A stretch of DNA of 38,389 nucleotides. Source: Asterionella formosa. Its lineage: Eukaryota. The stretch is taken from NCBI GenBank assembly GCA_002256025.1, contig NKIB01015085.1, positions 1-38,389 on the forward strand, written 5' to 3'. The notes beneath the pieces are model-generated. The model ran no database searches, was not told the origin of the DNA, and was given only the letters and a program-made list of their open reading frames with translations. Made by a program: the position numbers and the translations under genes. This document shows positions 11,620 through 22,075 of this stretch, one piece after another; the stretch's first letter is position 1; every line of letters starts with the position of its first letter.

Positions 11620-11979
11620 ACGTGGATAGCCAAAGATCAGGGATTTGGAGCTGATGCCTCATGAGGCTTTGAAATAATAATATGAAACTATTAATTGTAA
11701 ATGGGAAATTAATTTGTATCCTCAACATCATCAAGTGTTGATATTTGTCGGTGGAGGTACCAGATTGTACATTTGCCGCCAATAAAGAGGTAGCATGCAA
11801 AATGATATACAAAGAGACCGACGAAAGCCTACTTTCAGCTCCTCGTCTATTCAATTGTACAAAGCTGACGAAAACTATACACATATATTCATTCTTGTAC
11901 AAGAGTTCCACTATTGATATCTTCGTGTGCTATGCCTGGGTCTAACTGTGGAGGCCATCGAAAATGCACTGCTATCCTT

Positions 11980-12803
11980 TTAGAACAACAAAATCATCCA
12001 TCCCAGAAAGGTATAAAAGAAGAATACCGGAAAGACGGCCAGAAATCGTCGCTCTCGTTTAATGTACATTCCAATAAATACAGTGCTTGCTCGCGTGGCC
12101 CATAGAAAGCCAAGGAACAACCAAATCAAATCCAACCAGAGCCAACTCAGTGGTGTCAATCTCAGAAGACCAATAATAAAAGCGCTCACAGTCATTGGAA
12201 AGACACAGTATCCCATGACACAGACCGATTGAAAGAAACTAATTGTGCCTCCCAACAGCTGCGCGTTGATCGTGACAATGGTAGAACCAATCCAGACGGA
12301 GACAAAGACAGCAGCGAAGACTAGCGATGCTTGGTTTGTTGGTGCTTTCAACGATAGGAGTACCGAGAGAATCAAGCAGACAATCAGCGGGCCCCTGGTA
12401 GCAGGTAGACCATGCACGTAGTGAGCAACGGCTTGGCGACAAGTATTATGGAGAGGCCGGTCGGGGACGACAGTACTCACCACAGATCCCAATCTTTCAA
12501 GCTCTCGATCACTTTCTTTTGATTCGCTCCCAGCTCCTCAGTAGCTCCCCCTTCGCTATCTTCCACGACACTGTAGCCAAAATGCATGTTGCGGTCCAAC
12601 GGAAGCATAACAACTCGTAGCTTGCTACCGACGGCCCGGACGTCTCGCATGATGGTTTCCGATACGGGCTCATCTAGCGTGCTGAAAGGCTCCAAGAGCT
12701 CATTCACGCCTTCGTCCGATATTTCAACTATTGGCTGAGTTGGCCGACCATTGGGATTAGCCCAGGCAGGTGCAGGAGTGCCAGCAGTTCGATTGGTCCT
12801 CAT
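11980..12803 (-). CDS. YIPF6: Yip1-domain Golgi membrane protein (YIPF6-like), 2 exons
   Basis: Intron 12395-12480 (GTGAGT..CCAG on minus) rebuilds DWDLWGPL. Also STLDEPVSETIMRD, LLGGTISFFQSVCVMGYCVFP and five TM segments. Confidence 0.92.
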
Positions 12804-12849
12804 GGTGGTGGTGTGTGAGTCGAATTGTTGAACAGTCCCGTCGTTCCTT

Positions 12850-13330
12850 GTACCGGTATTACCTGGTACTGTATGTACCTGGTATCCTTGTTGTTGGTAC
12901 CTGCTACCAGGTACCAGGTAATGTGCTTACCGGTACCCTTTTTCTAGCTATTCTTTACTCCTCCATATATGATGAGTACCTGGTACCGATATCGCTTAAG
13001 AGTTCTCTAAATATCAGGCCTAATCTAGGCAGAATAAAAGTTTCCAGATCCGCTGTTCGAGTTCCGGGATTATTTTTATATCCGACTGGTACCAGTCAGT
13101 TCCTGCAACTTGCAGTAATTTTGCTGAAACTAAAGCTTTAGCTATCTTTATCCCAGATTAAAATGTTGGCAAAATATCCGCAACTTGCTGGTAGCTCCGT
13201 TTTGTGGTACCAGTACTTAGACTATTATTTATAAGTATTCCGGTACCCAGGACCTCGTTGGAAGTGGGTGCCAGTATCATACGGTACCAGTACTTGCTTG
13301 TGGACTAGGACGACACACCTCGTACCAGAG
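12850..13330. repeat. Dense CCTGGTA/GGTACC motif cluster in a divergent intergenic region
   Basis: Many copies, e.g. TACCTGGTAC, GGTACCTGCTACCAGGTACCAGGTA, GTACCTGGTACC, CTGGTACCAG, TGGTACCAGTAC. Confidence 0.85.
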
Positions 13331-13548
13331 CTCTAATAATTGCTTTGACTCATCTCTGCCGGATCATACTCCGACCTGCCTTGTTGTTTTGATCATTTGT
13401 TGTGCATCTCGTTGTATCGATACCTCGCTTTGTCGTGTCCTTTCACTCGTTTAACCTTCAGTTCGAAGTGTATGGGTGAGAGAAGCGGAGAACGCGACAT
13501 TGCTAACCCAATGAGATACTGGAGTCATCAGCCCGCAATCACGGAGAA

Positions 13549-15444
13549 ATGCGCAATGTATGTAACCACAAACGAGGACGACCAGAAACAAACTCATGGC
13601 GAGGAAGCTACCAGATCGCCATTGGTTCCGTTCTGTACTACCTCATGATATCTACGATGCTTGTAGTCCTATACGGAGAATTCCGTCCCGTTGATGTTGA
13701 TTCATCAAGTAATCCTCAATACATCGTTCCTGGTTCTTGGTTCCAATTTTTCCAAGACACCGATTCATGGAAGCCAACTACACATGGACTTGCTCGTTCA
13801 GACCATGATTTGATACTAGATAAGAAAGTTACGGTTCACAAACAAATTACCCAAGAAGGCTTTCCGAGGAACCCGATCTATCGACCAGAAGGATGTCGAG
13901 TGGAGTACGCAACAGACCTTCAGTTTTGCGTCGACCAGAGCCAGCCGTTGCATGACTTGTACGTACATGTTGTCAAGCGCCTCTTGGACTATCATTTTCA
14001 ATGCCATAGCCAAGATCTACAGGTTATTGTGGCAGATGTTACCAACAATTCAGAATGTTTCTGGGTAGGAAATTCAAATATAACGTCAAGTTCAGCGTGG
14101 CCAAACTCGATAAATGCAACACTTCATTCGCTTCTCCCGCACCTATTGCAAGACTACTACTGGAGGCCCACCAGAGGGTTTGCACAGGAACAATTTTGCA
14201 TAATCCATGGAAATATCACTAGTGGTCAAGTCGACGTGAATTCCTCAAGTCGGTTGATCTCCACAAAATTGCCATGGCGAGATTTTCTAAAAGAATTTTG
14301 CCTTTGCGACTCCATTTTTGCGAATGAGATTGTTGAGGTTGAATTAATTGCTCAAGCTTTTGGAATTCCCACAAAGAGATACATCGGCAATAATATGTAT
14401 GGCTACAACGAATTATCATGGTCCGGAAAATACCCCCAGTATATAACTCCTCATTATTCTACTGTTGTTACTCGATCATTGACTCGAACTAACAATGCAG
14501 CCGTCAAGTTGGCAGCTACGTTTCCGTATTATATGGTCCGTGCCACCGTGCCGTCAGAGGCCATAATAACGAGGCAATTTTCATCATCTCGAACACTCGT
14601 AATTATTATTGGTAATATCCGCGGCGGCGAAATAGCGTGGAACACTTTATATCGGAATGTTCTGGAGATCAACCAGGCCGATCTTGCGCTCTGCGTTGGG
14701 AATAGTGCTCAAACACAAAATTCGTCCTTGTACAGTCGAGCCAAATATGTTTGGGAGTTTCCTGAATTCGACGATTGGGCCGATGCCATTGACTTGATCC
14801 ATGATTCAACCTGGAGATCCAAGATAATTGGCAAATATAAAAGCAGCTGGGGTAGCTTTGGAGGGGTTAAGGGACATGCCGGAAGTGGAGCAATCATTTT
14901 TATGGCTCGCTGGTTTGCCGCACAGCATATTCAGCAGTTGAATCTGACTGATAAATATGATAGATTTGTTGTCACGCGAAGTGATCACTATTATGCTTGT
15001 CAACATGATCTTCGTCAATTGGATGACCGATATATGTGGGTCCCGAAAGGAGAAGACTACTCTAGTAGTGGTATTACCGATCGACACTTGGTATGTAACG
15101 CTGGACAGATTTTGCCGGCTCTTGATATTTACCCGCCCATAGTAAAGTTCCCCGACAAATATGTCGGCTATGACTTTAATTCTTTAAGTCCGGAACAATT
15201 GCTGAAGCGACGATGGCAAGAGGACAATCTGTGGAAATGGGTTAAACGCTTTAATCGGCCGATGTTTACGTGTGCTGCAAAGGGAGATACAACGAGATGG
15301 AGGGCTCCGCTAAATACTACAGTGCCAGAGGGCGTTTATTTGAAGTACCTGGAAGAGTACTCAGGTGCAAAGTGCAATTGCCAAGGGGGTGTTTTTGAGT
15401 ATAATACAACTACTCATATCAGGGGCACGTGTGTAATACAATGA
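13549..15444 (+). CDS. Type II membrane glycosyltransferase-like protein
   Basis: 631-aa ORF with a short basic N-tail and a signal anchor (IAIGSVLYYLMISTMLVVLY). C-terminal domain has IIGNIRG, YDRFVVTRSDHYY, GEDY..GITDRH and PEQLL motifs typical of uncharacterised algal GT-like proteins. Confidence 0.7.
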   Translation: MRNVCNHKRGRPETNSWRGSYQIAIGSVLYYLMISTMLVVLYGEFRPVDVDSSSNPQYIVPGSWFQFFQDTDSWKPTTHGLARSDHDLILDKKVTVHKQITQEGFPRNPIYRPEGCRVEYATDLQFCVDQSQPLHDLYVHVVKRLLDYHFQCHSQDLQVIVADVTNNSECFWVGNSNITSSSAWPNSINATLHSLLPHLLQDYYWRPTRGFAQEQFCIIHGNITSGQVDVNSSSRLISTKLPWRDFLKEFCLCDSIFANEIVEVELIAQAFGIPTKRYIGNNMYGYNELSWSGKYPQYITPHYSTVVTRSLTRTNNAAVKLAATFPYYMVRATVPSEAIITRQFSSSRTLVIIIGNIRGGEIAWNTLYRNVLEINQADLALCVGNSAQTQNSSLYSRAKYVWEFPEFDDWADAIDLIHDSTWRSKIIGKYKSSWGSFGGVKGHAGSGAIIFMARWFAAQHIQQLNLTDKYDRFVVTRSDHYYACQHDLRQLDDRYMWVPKGEDYSSSGITDRHLVCNAGQILPALDIYPPIVKFPDKYVGYDFNSLSPEQLLKRRWQEDNLWKWVKRFNRPMFTCAAKGDTTRWRAPLNTTVPEGVYLKYLEEYSGAKCNCQGGVFEYNTTTHIRGTCVIQ

Positions 15445-15729
15445 TAATGCAGTATAATCGTATTATCCAGTAAATGTACCCCATCCAATCTCTTTTATAG
15501 AACTGACAGTCCCCTCCAAACCTTTTAGCCAATAGAAAAGACCAAGAACCCAGATTCCTGTCGTCACTCCGTAGTTCTCTTGCATTCTTACTATGGTCAT
15601 GACCTAGGATCAGAATACTAGCCTTTAGTAGAAATGGCTTTTAAGTAGTCAAGTTCTTGGTCGGATCTAGGTCCGTGAAATGCAGATTTAGACCACCACC
15701 GGAGTGTACCCTGGAAGGGAGTCGTGTCC

Positions 15730-15810
15730 TACCGGTACACCAGTGTAGAAGCAAAAGACTTTACCGGTTTGTGATACCAGTATTTCTGGTACCAGGGTAC
15801 CTGGTACCGA
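15730..15810. repeat. CCTGGTA/GGTACC motif cluster
   Basis: CTGGTACCAGGGTACCTGGTACC plus ACCGGTAC and GATACCAGTA. Confidence 0.75.
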
Positions 15811-16180
15811 TATCCTGTCCTGGCTGTGGCGAGGAAGGGAAATGTGCGTGGGAGTAAAAGATTGGTGCGCGGAAAGGGGGCGGAAACGAAAAATACATGT
15901 ATAAAATTAACCCGTACATCAGCATCATTACGACACACCTTATTGCATCATTCAACCACGTGGGATTTTTTATTTTCCAGTAAATATTATAGGTATTTAT
16001 CATTTTCTACACCATTCCATTAACAAAAATAAATGACAGAAAATCAATGAGTGAATGAATTACAGTTACCACAGTAATTTTTGATTACTCCTCAGTAATA
16101 CAACTCCTCCCATCGATTTTCCCTTGACCAAAACGCATCAACCCACAACCAGCAAGAAGGCAAGCAAGCAAGTAAAACGA

Positions 16181-16870
16181 ATGATGAATTCCATTGGTGG
16201 TCCCCTCTTCATTCTGCGATGGAAAGGAACTATTTGTCCTTGTTTGGAGTCTTCTTCCGATGCGTCGGCACGACGAGCCCTGACTGAGCTAACGGGTCTA
16301 AAAGTCAAGTGGCACCGCAAGGGTGTGACTCGCACCATCAGCAGTTGGTTTGGAAGTAAAGACACTTCGTCGAAGGATGCGGTCGACTCTGTCCTTGGCT
16401 GGGTCGACACAGAGAAAGGACCGGAATTGCAAATTCAACCGCAACAAGGTGGGACTGGCGTGGAAGGAGAGATATCATTGAAGCAAAGTGCAGGATACAT
16501 GAAGACGGTGCTGCTCTCAAAAATAGAAAAAGTGAATGTACAAGAGAAGGTTATAATGCTTCAATCCAGCAAGGGCGAAGACTTGGTTAGCATTGAGGTA
16601 GTGTCCAAGGAACCGTCACTCGTGAAAGAGTGGTTTATTCACATGATTGAATGGGACGGTAGACGACAAGCAGCAATTTCGGAAGAAGACCGAGAAATAG
16701 AAGACCCCGGCATGAATCGAGCCCAGAAGGCGGCCCATTTTGCCAAACGAGAGATTGAACTCCAACAAACCAAGCGAGACCGTGAAAAACGAAAAGCGAA
16801 GTTAGTCAAGGAAACTGGAGGCTTAAAGTATACGGCCATTGCCATGGCGAATCGAACAGACGATGCATAG
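16181..16870 (+). CDS. Hypothetical protein with beta-rich core and charged C-terminal helix
   Basis: Long ORF with gene-like composition; first ATG at 16181. C-terminus RAQKAAHFAKREIELQQTKRDREKRKAKL..GGLKYTAIAMANR. Confidence 0.7.
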   Translation: MMNSIGGPLFILRWKGTICPCLESSSDASARRALTELTGLKVKWHRKGVTRTISSWFGSKDTSSKDAVDSVLGWVDTEKGPELQIQPQQGGTGVEGEISLKQSAGYMKTVLLSKIEKVNVQEKVIMLQSSKGEDLVSIEVVSKEPSLVKEWFIHMIEWDGRRQAAISEEDREIEDPGMNRAQKAAHFAKREIELQQTKRDREKRKAKLVKETGGLKYTAIAMANRTDDA

Positions 16871-17296
16871 TCTAATATTCAATATTTTTCCAAGGAATTT
16901 TGCGATGGACTTTGGAAGACTATGCGCTCCTCTATTCATACATCAGCCGTAGCCGGAGGTTTGCGCAGTTCGATACACAGCCAGCAGCACGGCTTGCTAC
17001 AGAAACCAATACAGGTAGAGCAAACTACCGAAGTCACACCTTTCGACGAATGATACCTCTACTGTGGCGAAAAAAGTGGTGCTATGGTATTTGGCGTTTT
17101 GGGTCTTCATTTTTGTTTCTCTGTTTCTCGTTCAGTCAAATTCAGGCAGCGTACGTTCCTTCACTATTTACTCTAAAATCATTGAAAATTACTTAGCTTT
17201 GTGAAAACACCACACACATCTGTTCCTGCTGATCTCACATCATCCTTTTGCTGATAAACCAATGCACGCGAACTGTTCCTTTTTACTGACAACCCA

Positions 17297-18443
17297 TTAC
17301 TCGGAGGCAACAGCTTCGCCTCCCTTTTTGGCTCCTCCGTTTCTTCCTACTCTGCTAACTTGCTTGTTGCTCAATACCACACGTCGCATCATGAACCCAT
17401 TGGTTTCAAGAGCCGCCTTGGGGTCGCCCTTGCCTGGGCCCCAAAGTTGTTCCGGAGTCTCATCGTCGTCGACTGCTTGGACGGAGTCTGGAAATGGAAT
17501 GAAACCGAGTGAGCAATCCCAACGAAAAACAACGCAACCTCAATCGCTATCAAAAATGAATGACATCATGCGATGCAGTGCGATACGTACCACTCTTCAA
17601 GTCCAGCGACTTCATGATAGTATCCACAGGGAAGACTTTCCACTCACTGGCGTTCCATTCCAAAGCCCTTTCCCACACGAACGCCACCACACCATCTGCC
17701 TTGTCGACTTCAAAGGTTCCCTCCGCCACATATCCATCCGCACAAGCAATTGCTGCGTAGCTGCGATTGCCCAACTTGACGCGTGTGTTATCCACGCGCA
17801 AATCAATGGTCCCGTTCGAACGCGACACCGCCTTGGCATCCAGAGCCGCCGTGACCGATTCCGAGAGATCCTCATGCCATCTCGCTTGTTTCTTCTTGGG
17901 AGCAGGTTTCTTTTTGGGAGCTTCCTTCTTCTTCTTGGGCTGCTCCACGGCGCTAGTCGTTGTCTCGTTAGCTTCCTTCGTTTCCGGTGCAGCAGCGTCG
18001 GCATTTCGTGGTTTTCTCGCAGGCCGAGGGCCGGTGCAAGGCCCACCGCCAACGCCAGTCACATTCTCCGCCTTCTTTTTGCCGGACTCGTCCATGGCCA
18101 TGTCGAATTCCACGATCCATCCTTCGAACTGAAAGGGACAGTTGAAATGTTAGCGACCCAAGCGAAGACGGAATCTAACCTGTCGGATTTCTCAAAGTTG
18201 ACAACCAGTCCACGTGGGGATCTACACAAACTACCTAGTGCTGACGTGTCGCGATCAGCAAGTCGACACAAGGAAATTCCAATCCCTTCTCATTCTTCTT
18301 ACCAATGATCGATATCCGCCGGAAACAACCACGGATTGATGCACAAAGACATCATCCTCTGGCGAGTCCGAAGGTGCGATGAAGCCGTAGCCCTTTTTAT
18401 TGCTGAACCATTTGACGGTTCCAGTTTGGCGCTCAGTTGTCAT
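17297..18443 (-). CDS. Cold-shock domain protein with Lys-rich linker and unknown C-terminal domain, 3 exons, 289 aa
   Basis: complement(join(17297..17487,17591..18128,18303..18443)). Introns 18129-18302 (GTAAGA..CTAAC..TTCAG) and 17488-17590 (GTACGT..CCAG) keep the frame. CSD motifs GTVKWF..KGYGFI..DVFVHQS..GYRSL|FEG.IVEF..KAENVTG. Confidence 0.9.
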
Positions 18444-18545
18444 GGCTAGGGACGATGGGAATGTGACGGATTTTTCTAGAACTTGTGGATGACAGTGATC
18501 GTAGGTACATAGAATGTATTGTACACATACCGGCATTTGCTGGCG

Positions 18546-18802
18546 CCTGGTACCTGATGGTAGGAGTACCAGTATCTGGTACCGTACAACCATGTACCTG
18601 GTGGGAGTCCAAGGTACCTGGTACCATCAGCTAGGGGTATATACCAGGCGCACAGGGTTTATGAATATACTGTATTCTTAAAATAATATTGTCCTAGGCT
18701 ACCTGCTGATTCCCAAAAAGCAAGGTTGTACGTTTGTCAGTCTTTTTCTATTTGGCAAATAGCATCCTCATTTGGTACCCTGGTACAGTACCAGGTACCA
18801 GT
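18546..18802. repeat. CCTGGTA/GGTACC motif cluster upstream of the CSD gene
   Basis: CCTGGTACCTG, CTGGTACC, GTACCTGG, GGTACCTGGTACC, TGGTACCCTGGTACAGTACCAGGTACCAG. Confidence 0.85.
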
Positions 18803-19954
18803 TACAAAGCACGTTATTACATCGTTTTCCGACTAATTCTAGATTTATGCCAAAATCGATCCTTTGTGGGTACGATATTAGTTATTGCATTAAGCTAAAT
18901 GAGAATTAGATCATTTTTATACTTGGACATACGGTGTATTAACTGAGTATACTGATACTGATATCAAAGCAGCATTCTTATTCTCACTCGATTTTTTCGG
19001 TCTACTAACGAAGGATGCAGCATGCAATCATGGCAGCTATGTACAAAAGAAATGATGTGATGCTTATATTTTTCCCTCTCACTGTGTTGCTAACATATGC
19101 ACAAACAGGGATTTCGCTCTCCAATTCTTTACAAGACAAGCCGGATTTCTGTTGGATTCCTGCATAGCAAGCAGTATACTGGCAAACTAGAGCAGTATAC
19201 TGGTAAAATTTGAGAACAGTATGGCATTTGGAATTTAGAATGACAATATCTATACTGATACTGCATCAGGAGCAGTAGAGGTATCAGTATCCAATACTGC
19301 AGTATACTTTCACCAACCTCTGTGTCATTGTAGCAGGTAATTTACTTGTGAATTATTTGTCTTTCCTGCCTGTTTTAGCTTCTGCAAATGGTACTGGACC
19401 ATAGGTTTTGTTAGCGAATTTACAGTGTTGCCGCCTTAGACGCAACAAAAGAGCAGTAATGAGCAGAGGCGTGAGGCTAGGAATGCGAAGATGCAGGCAT
19501 TGGTAATATCAAAGCAATCAACAATAAGTGTGGATATTGTTACTAATGAGAGAAATAGAGCTGTATTGATGAGATCTAGTAATGCTGCAATGACATTGGC
19601 TGACAACATTTAAGTAAAGAAACAAATTGGATACAATCACATTGGCCAAGAAGTCTGCAAACAAATTTACCTGGGTGGCTGGGTGGCTGAGTGGCTGGGA
19701 ACACCTCCTTCAGGTTCACATTGCTTATGTCTTTCCTCCAAAGGCACCAAGTAGTGGGGCTGGAACTGCTTTCCAGAACCAGTAACTTAGATGAATTATC
19801 ATTCATTGATAATGAAATCAATGCTGATGTTGTTTGCTCTCCTGGCTGATGACAAAAATTCATCATCTGATGAGTCTTATGGGGAGGACAATGAAAACGC
19901 TGTAGTGTTTGTGAATAATTTAGTCGTATGTTGATCATAATAGTTTAAAATTAA

Positions 19955-20860
19955 TTAGCTCCAGACAACTGTCTGTAGTGATGAACGATCAAATTTAACT
20001 CTCCTACTATTTATACGTGCTTTCTTTTCACCTGCAGTTGGAGCATCAATAGTGTCCTCTGCATTATCAACATCAAAATCATTACCCGCAAACTCTGCAT
20101 TATTGTTTGCTAAAGCTTGAGTCATTTGATGCTGACGGCTTGTGAATCTTTTAGATCCACCCTTATTTGTTCCTATTGAGAGACCATCTTCATCATTCAC
20201 TCCATAATCTGCATCTTCAACAATGTGATTACAAATCAACTCTTTCCAGTCATCGTACCCATCATATGAAAGCAAAATATATTGAATGCAGGAGCAAGAA
20301 ATCACAAAATTCGTGACTTGTTTAATTTTTCGTAAAAAAATTGGATTCTTGAGGATCAAGAACCTCTTCTTCGAAATGCCAAAGAAACATTCCACATCTT
20401 GTCGTGTCAATTCCCGATGTTCGCTCTGAATCGATTCAGCGGAATCATGGAGCTGATGCTTGTAGGGAGCAATCAACCGCGGCCATGTATCGTATCCTCC
20501 ATTAAAAATAAAATAAAATCTCTTCTTAATTCCATCAGCTCCACCTTCTTTGCAGTAATGGCTGCCAGACTGTTGCTCCAAATGCTGGCCTGCTTTCTCA
20601 AGTTTGAAATTTCTGCATCAAATCTTGTTATGCTTTTGTTATTATTGTCACAACCGAAATGGACATTTGAAACAGATATAACTTTCTTTCTATCCAAAAC
20701 AATGACTTGAAAGACAATGCAGAGTTGTTGCCTCTCCTTCCCCTCGCGTTGAGTGAACAATACAGCTGAACAGCAATTCCAGAAGAAATGAACACAATCA
20801 ATAGATCCAATGCAACCACGAGGAAATCCAAGAGTGCAATTTTGGTCATAAATAGCAGTC
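19955..20860 (-). pseudogene. Decayed PIF/Harbinger transposase
   Basis: Fragments across frames: LGFPRGCIGSIDCVHFFWNCC, EGKE..IVFQV, GGYDTWP, RQDVECFFGISKKRFLILKNP. Several frameshifts; no TIRs found. Confidence 0.8.
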
Positions 20861-22075
20861 TTAATTGAACCAGGAGATTAAGGGAACACTATCCATACAC
20901 TCCACAATTCCATGAAAGAAACTCAGGTTTTTCCTGCTGATTCCTGTGATTTCTTCAAGTGAATCAGAAGGTGCATCCCTAGCCAGAGCTCGCTTGCATT
21001 AAGCCTGGTATTAGCTTCACTGGAATATTTCCTGCAGATGCAATCAAATAATTCTTAGGGTAGACTACCCAAAATCTATTCCTTAAAAGTGAACCAAGTC
21101 TTGAATCTGGTATTTGAATAGAAATATAACTTTATAATCTATTTAAGCATGCTCTACTATTGTTACATGATTGATTTGCAGACGAAATTTCATCGCATTA
21201 GTAAGAATGTGAAAAAAAATTAAATCGCAGTTTTCGATTCGATTTAGTTGTTGAATCAAGTAGAACTATAGTTTACATGAATCACTTTATTTGCTAAAAG
21301 AAATGATTCTAGACCCAATTTAGTGTTCTTTTGACCAAGCAATTCTCCATTGCGGCGACCGTTGATTGTTTTTGATCTTGTCGTTAACAACATGATTGCT
21401 TTTAGTGGTGTAGTACTACCGACAGCATCGTTATGGCTGTGTAAAACGGTAGTGTCACTCAACTTTTTACCGTACAAAAATATAGCATGTTACTTTGTCT
21501 TTGTCTAGAAAATTATTGGGTGTTTGGTGCCACCTACTATGTGATAGTATATATGATATTGCAAATATTCCGGTTATGCTGTGCGTTGTATCAGGCGTGA
21601 TAGTGACTGTGACGATGTATATAGATATAACGTTATGTATGTTCATAGTGTTGGCATGGCAAGTATCAGGGGATAGTTGTTGTGTATGCTCATGTATATA
21701 CGTAATATGCATAAGGTTCATTCAGAAAATCTATTTGTATTCGCAAGTTCTAGTCATTGCCAGCTAATTCGAGTCGTTGTTGGCAAGTTCTAAATGTAGA
21801 ATGATCACTATTTGGATTCCAAAGCTAGAAAAGGGTTTGCTGAACCAGTGGATCAGGCAGCAAATCCAAGTTGTGTTTAGAGACTGATTCTGCAAGGAAT
21901 TTTTTGTCATCATTCAAAAACAGTAATGTTTTCCTAAATGACTTGTGGAATATTATTTCCATCAAAAACTGACCTATCTCATCTGGTGGCATTTGAGAAA
22001 TCATTGGGAGTGAGTCATCACTGAAAAGGTGCGCATAAAACATGTGCTACCGGTCCTTCCAGATGCTACCTGGTA

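Noticed and set aside
12770..13141. ORFs with VPG/YQVPG/RYQ peptides (also 15657-16003, 18433-18627)
   Set aside because: Translations of the non-coding CCTGGTA motif arrays.
17262..18308. 348-aa plus-strand ORF
   Set aside because: Antisense shadow of the spliced cold-shock gene; no recognisable motifs.
20900..22060. Short ORFs between the decayed Harbinger and the mariner
   Set aside because: No recognisable motifs, splice structure or TIRs.
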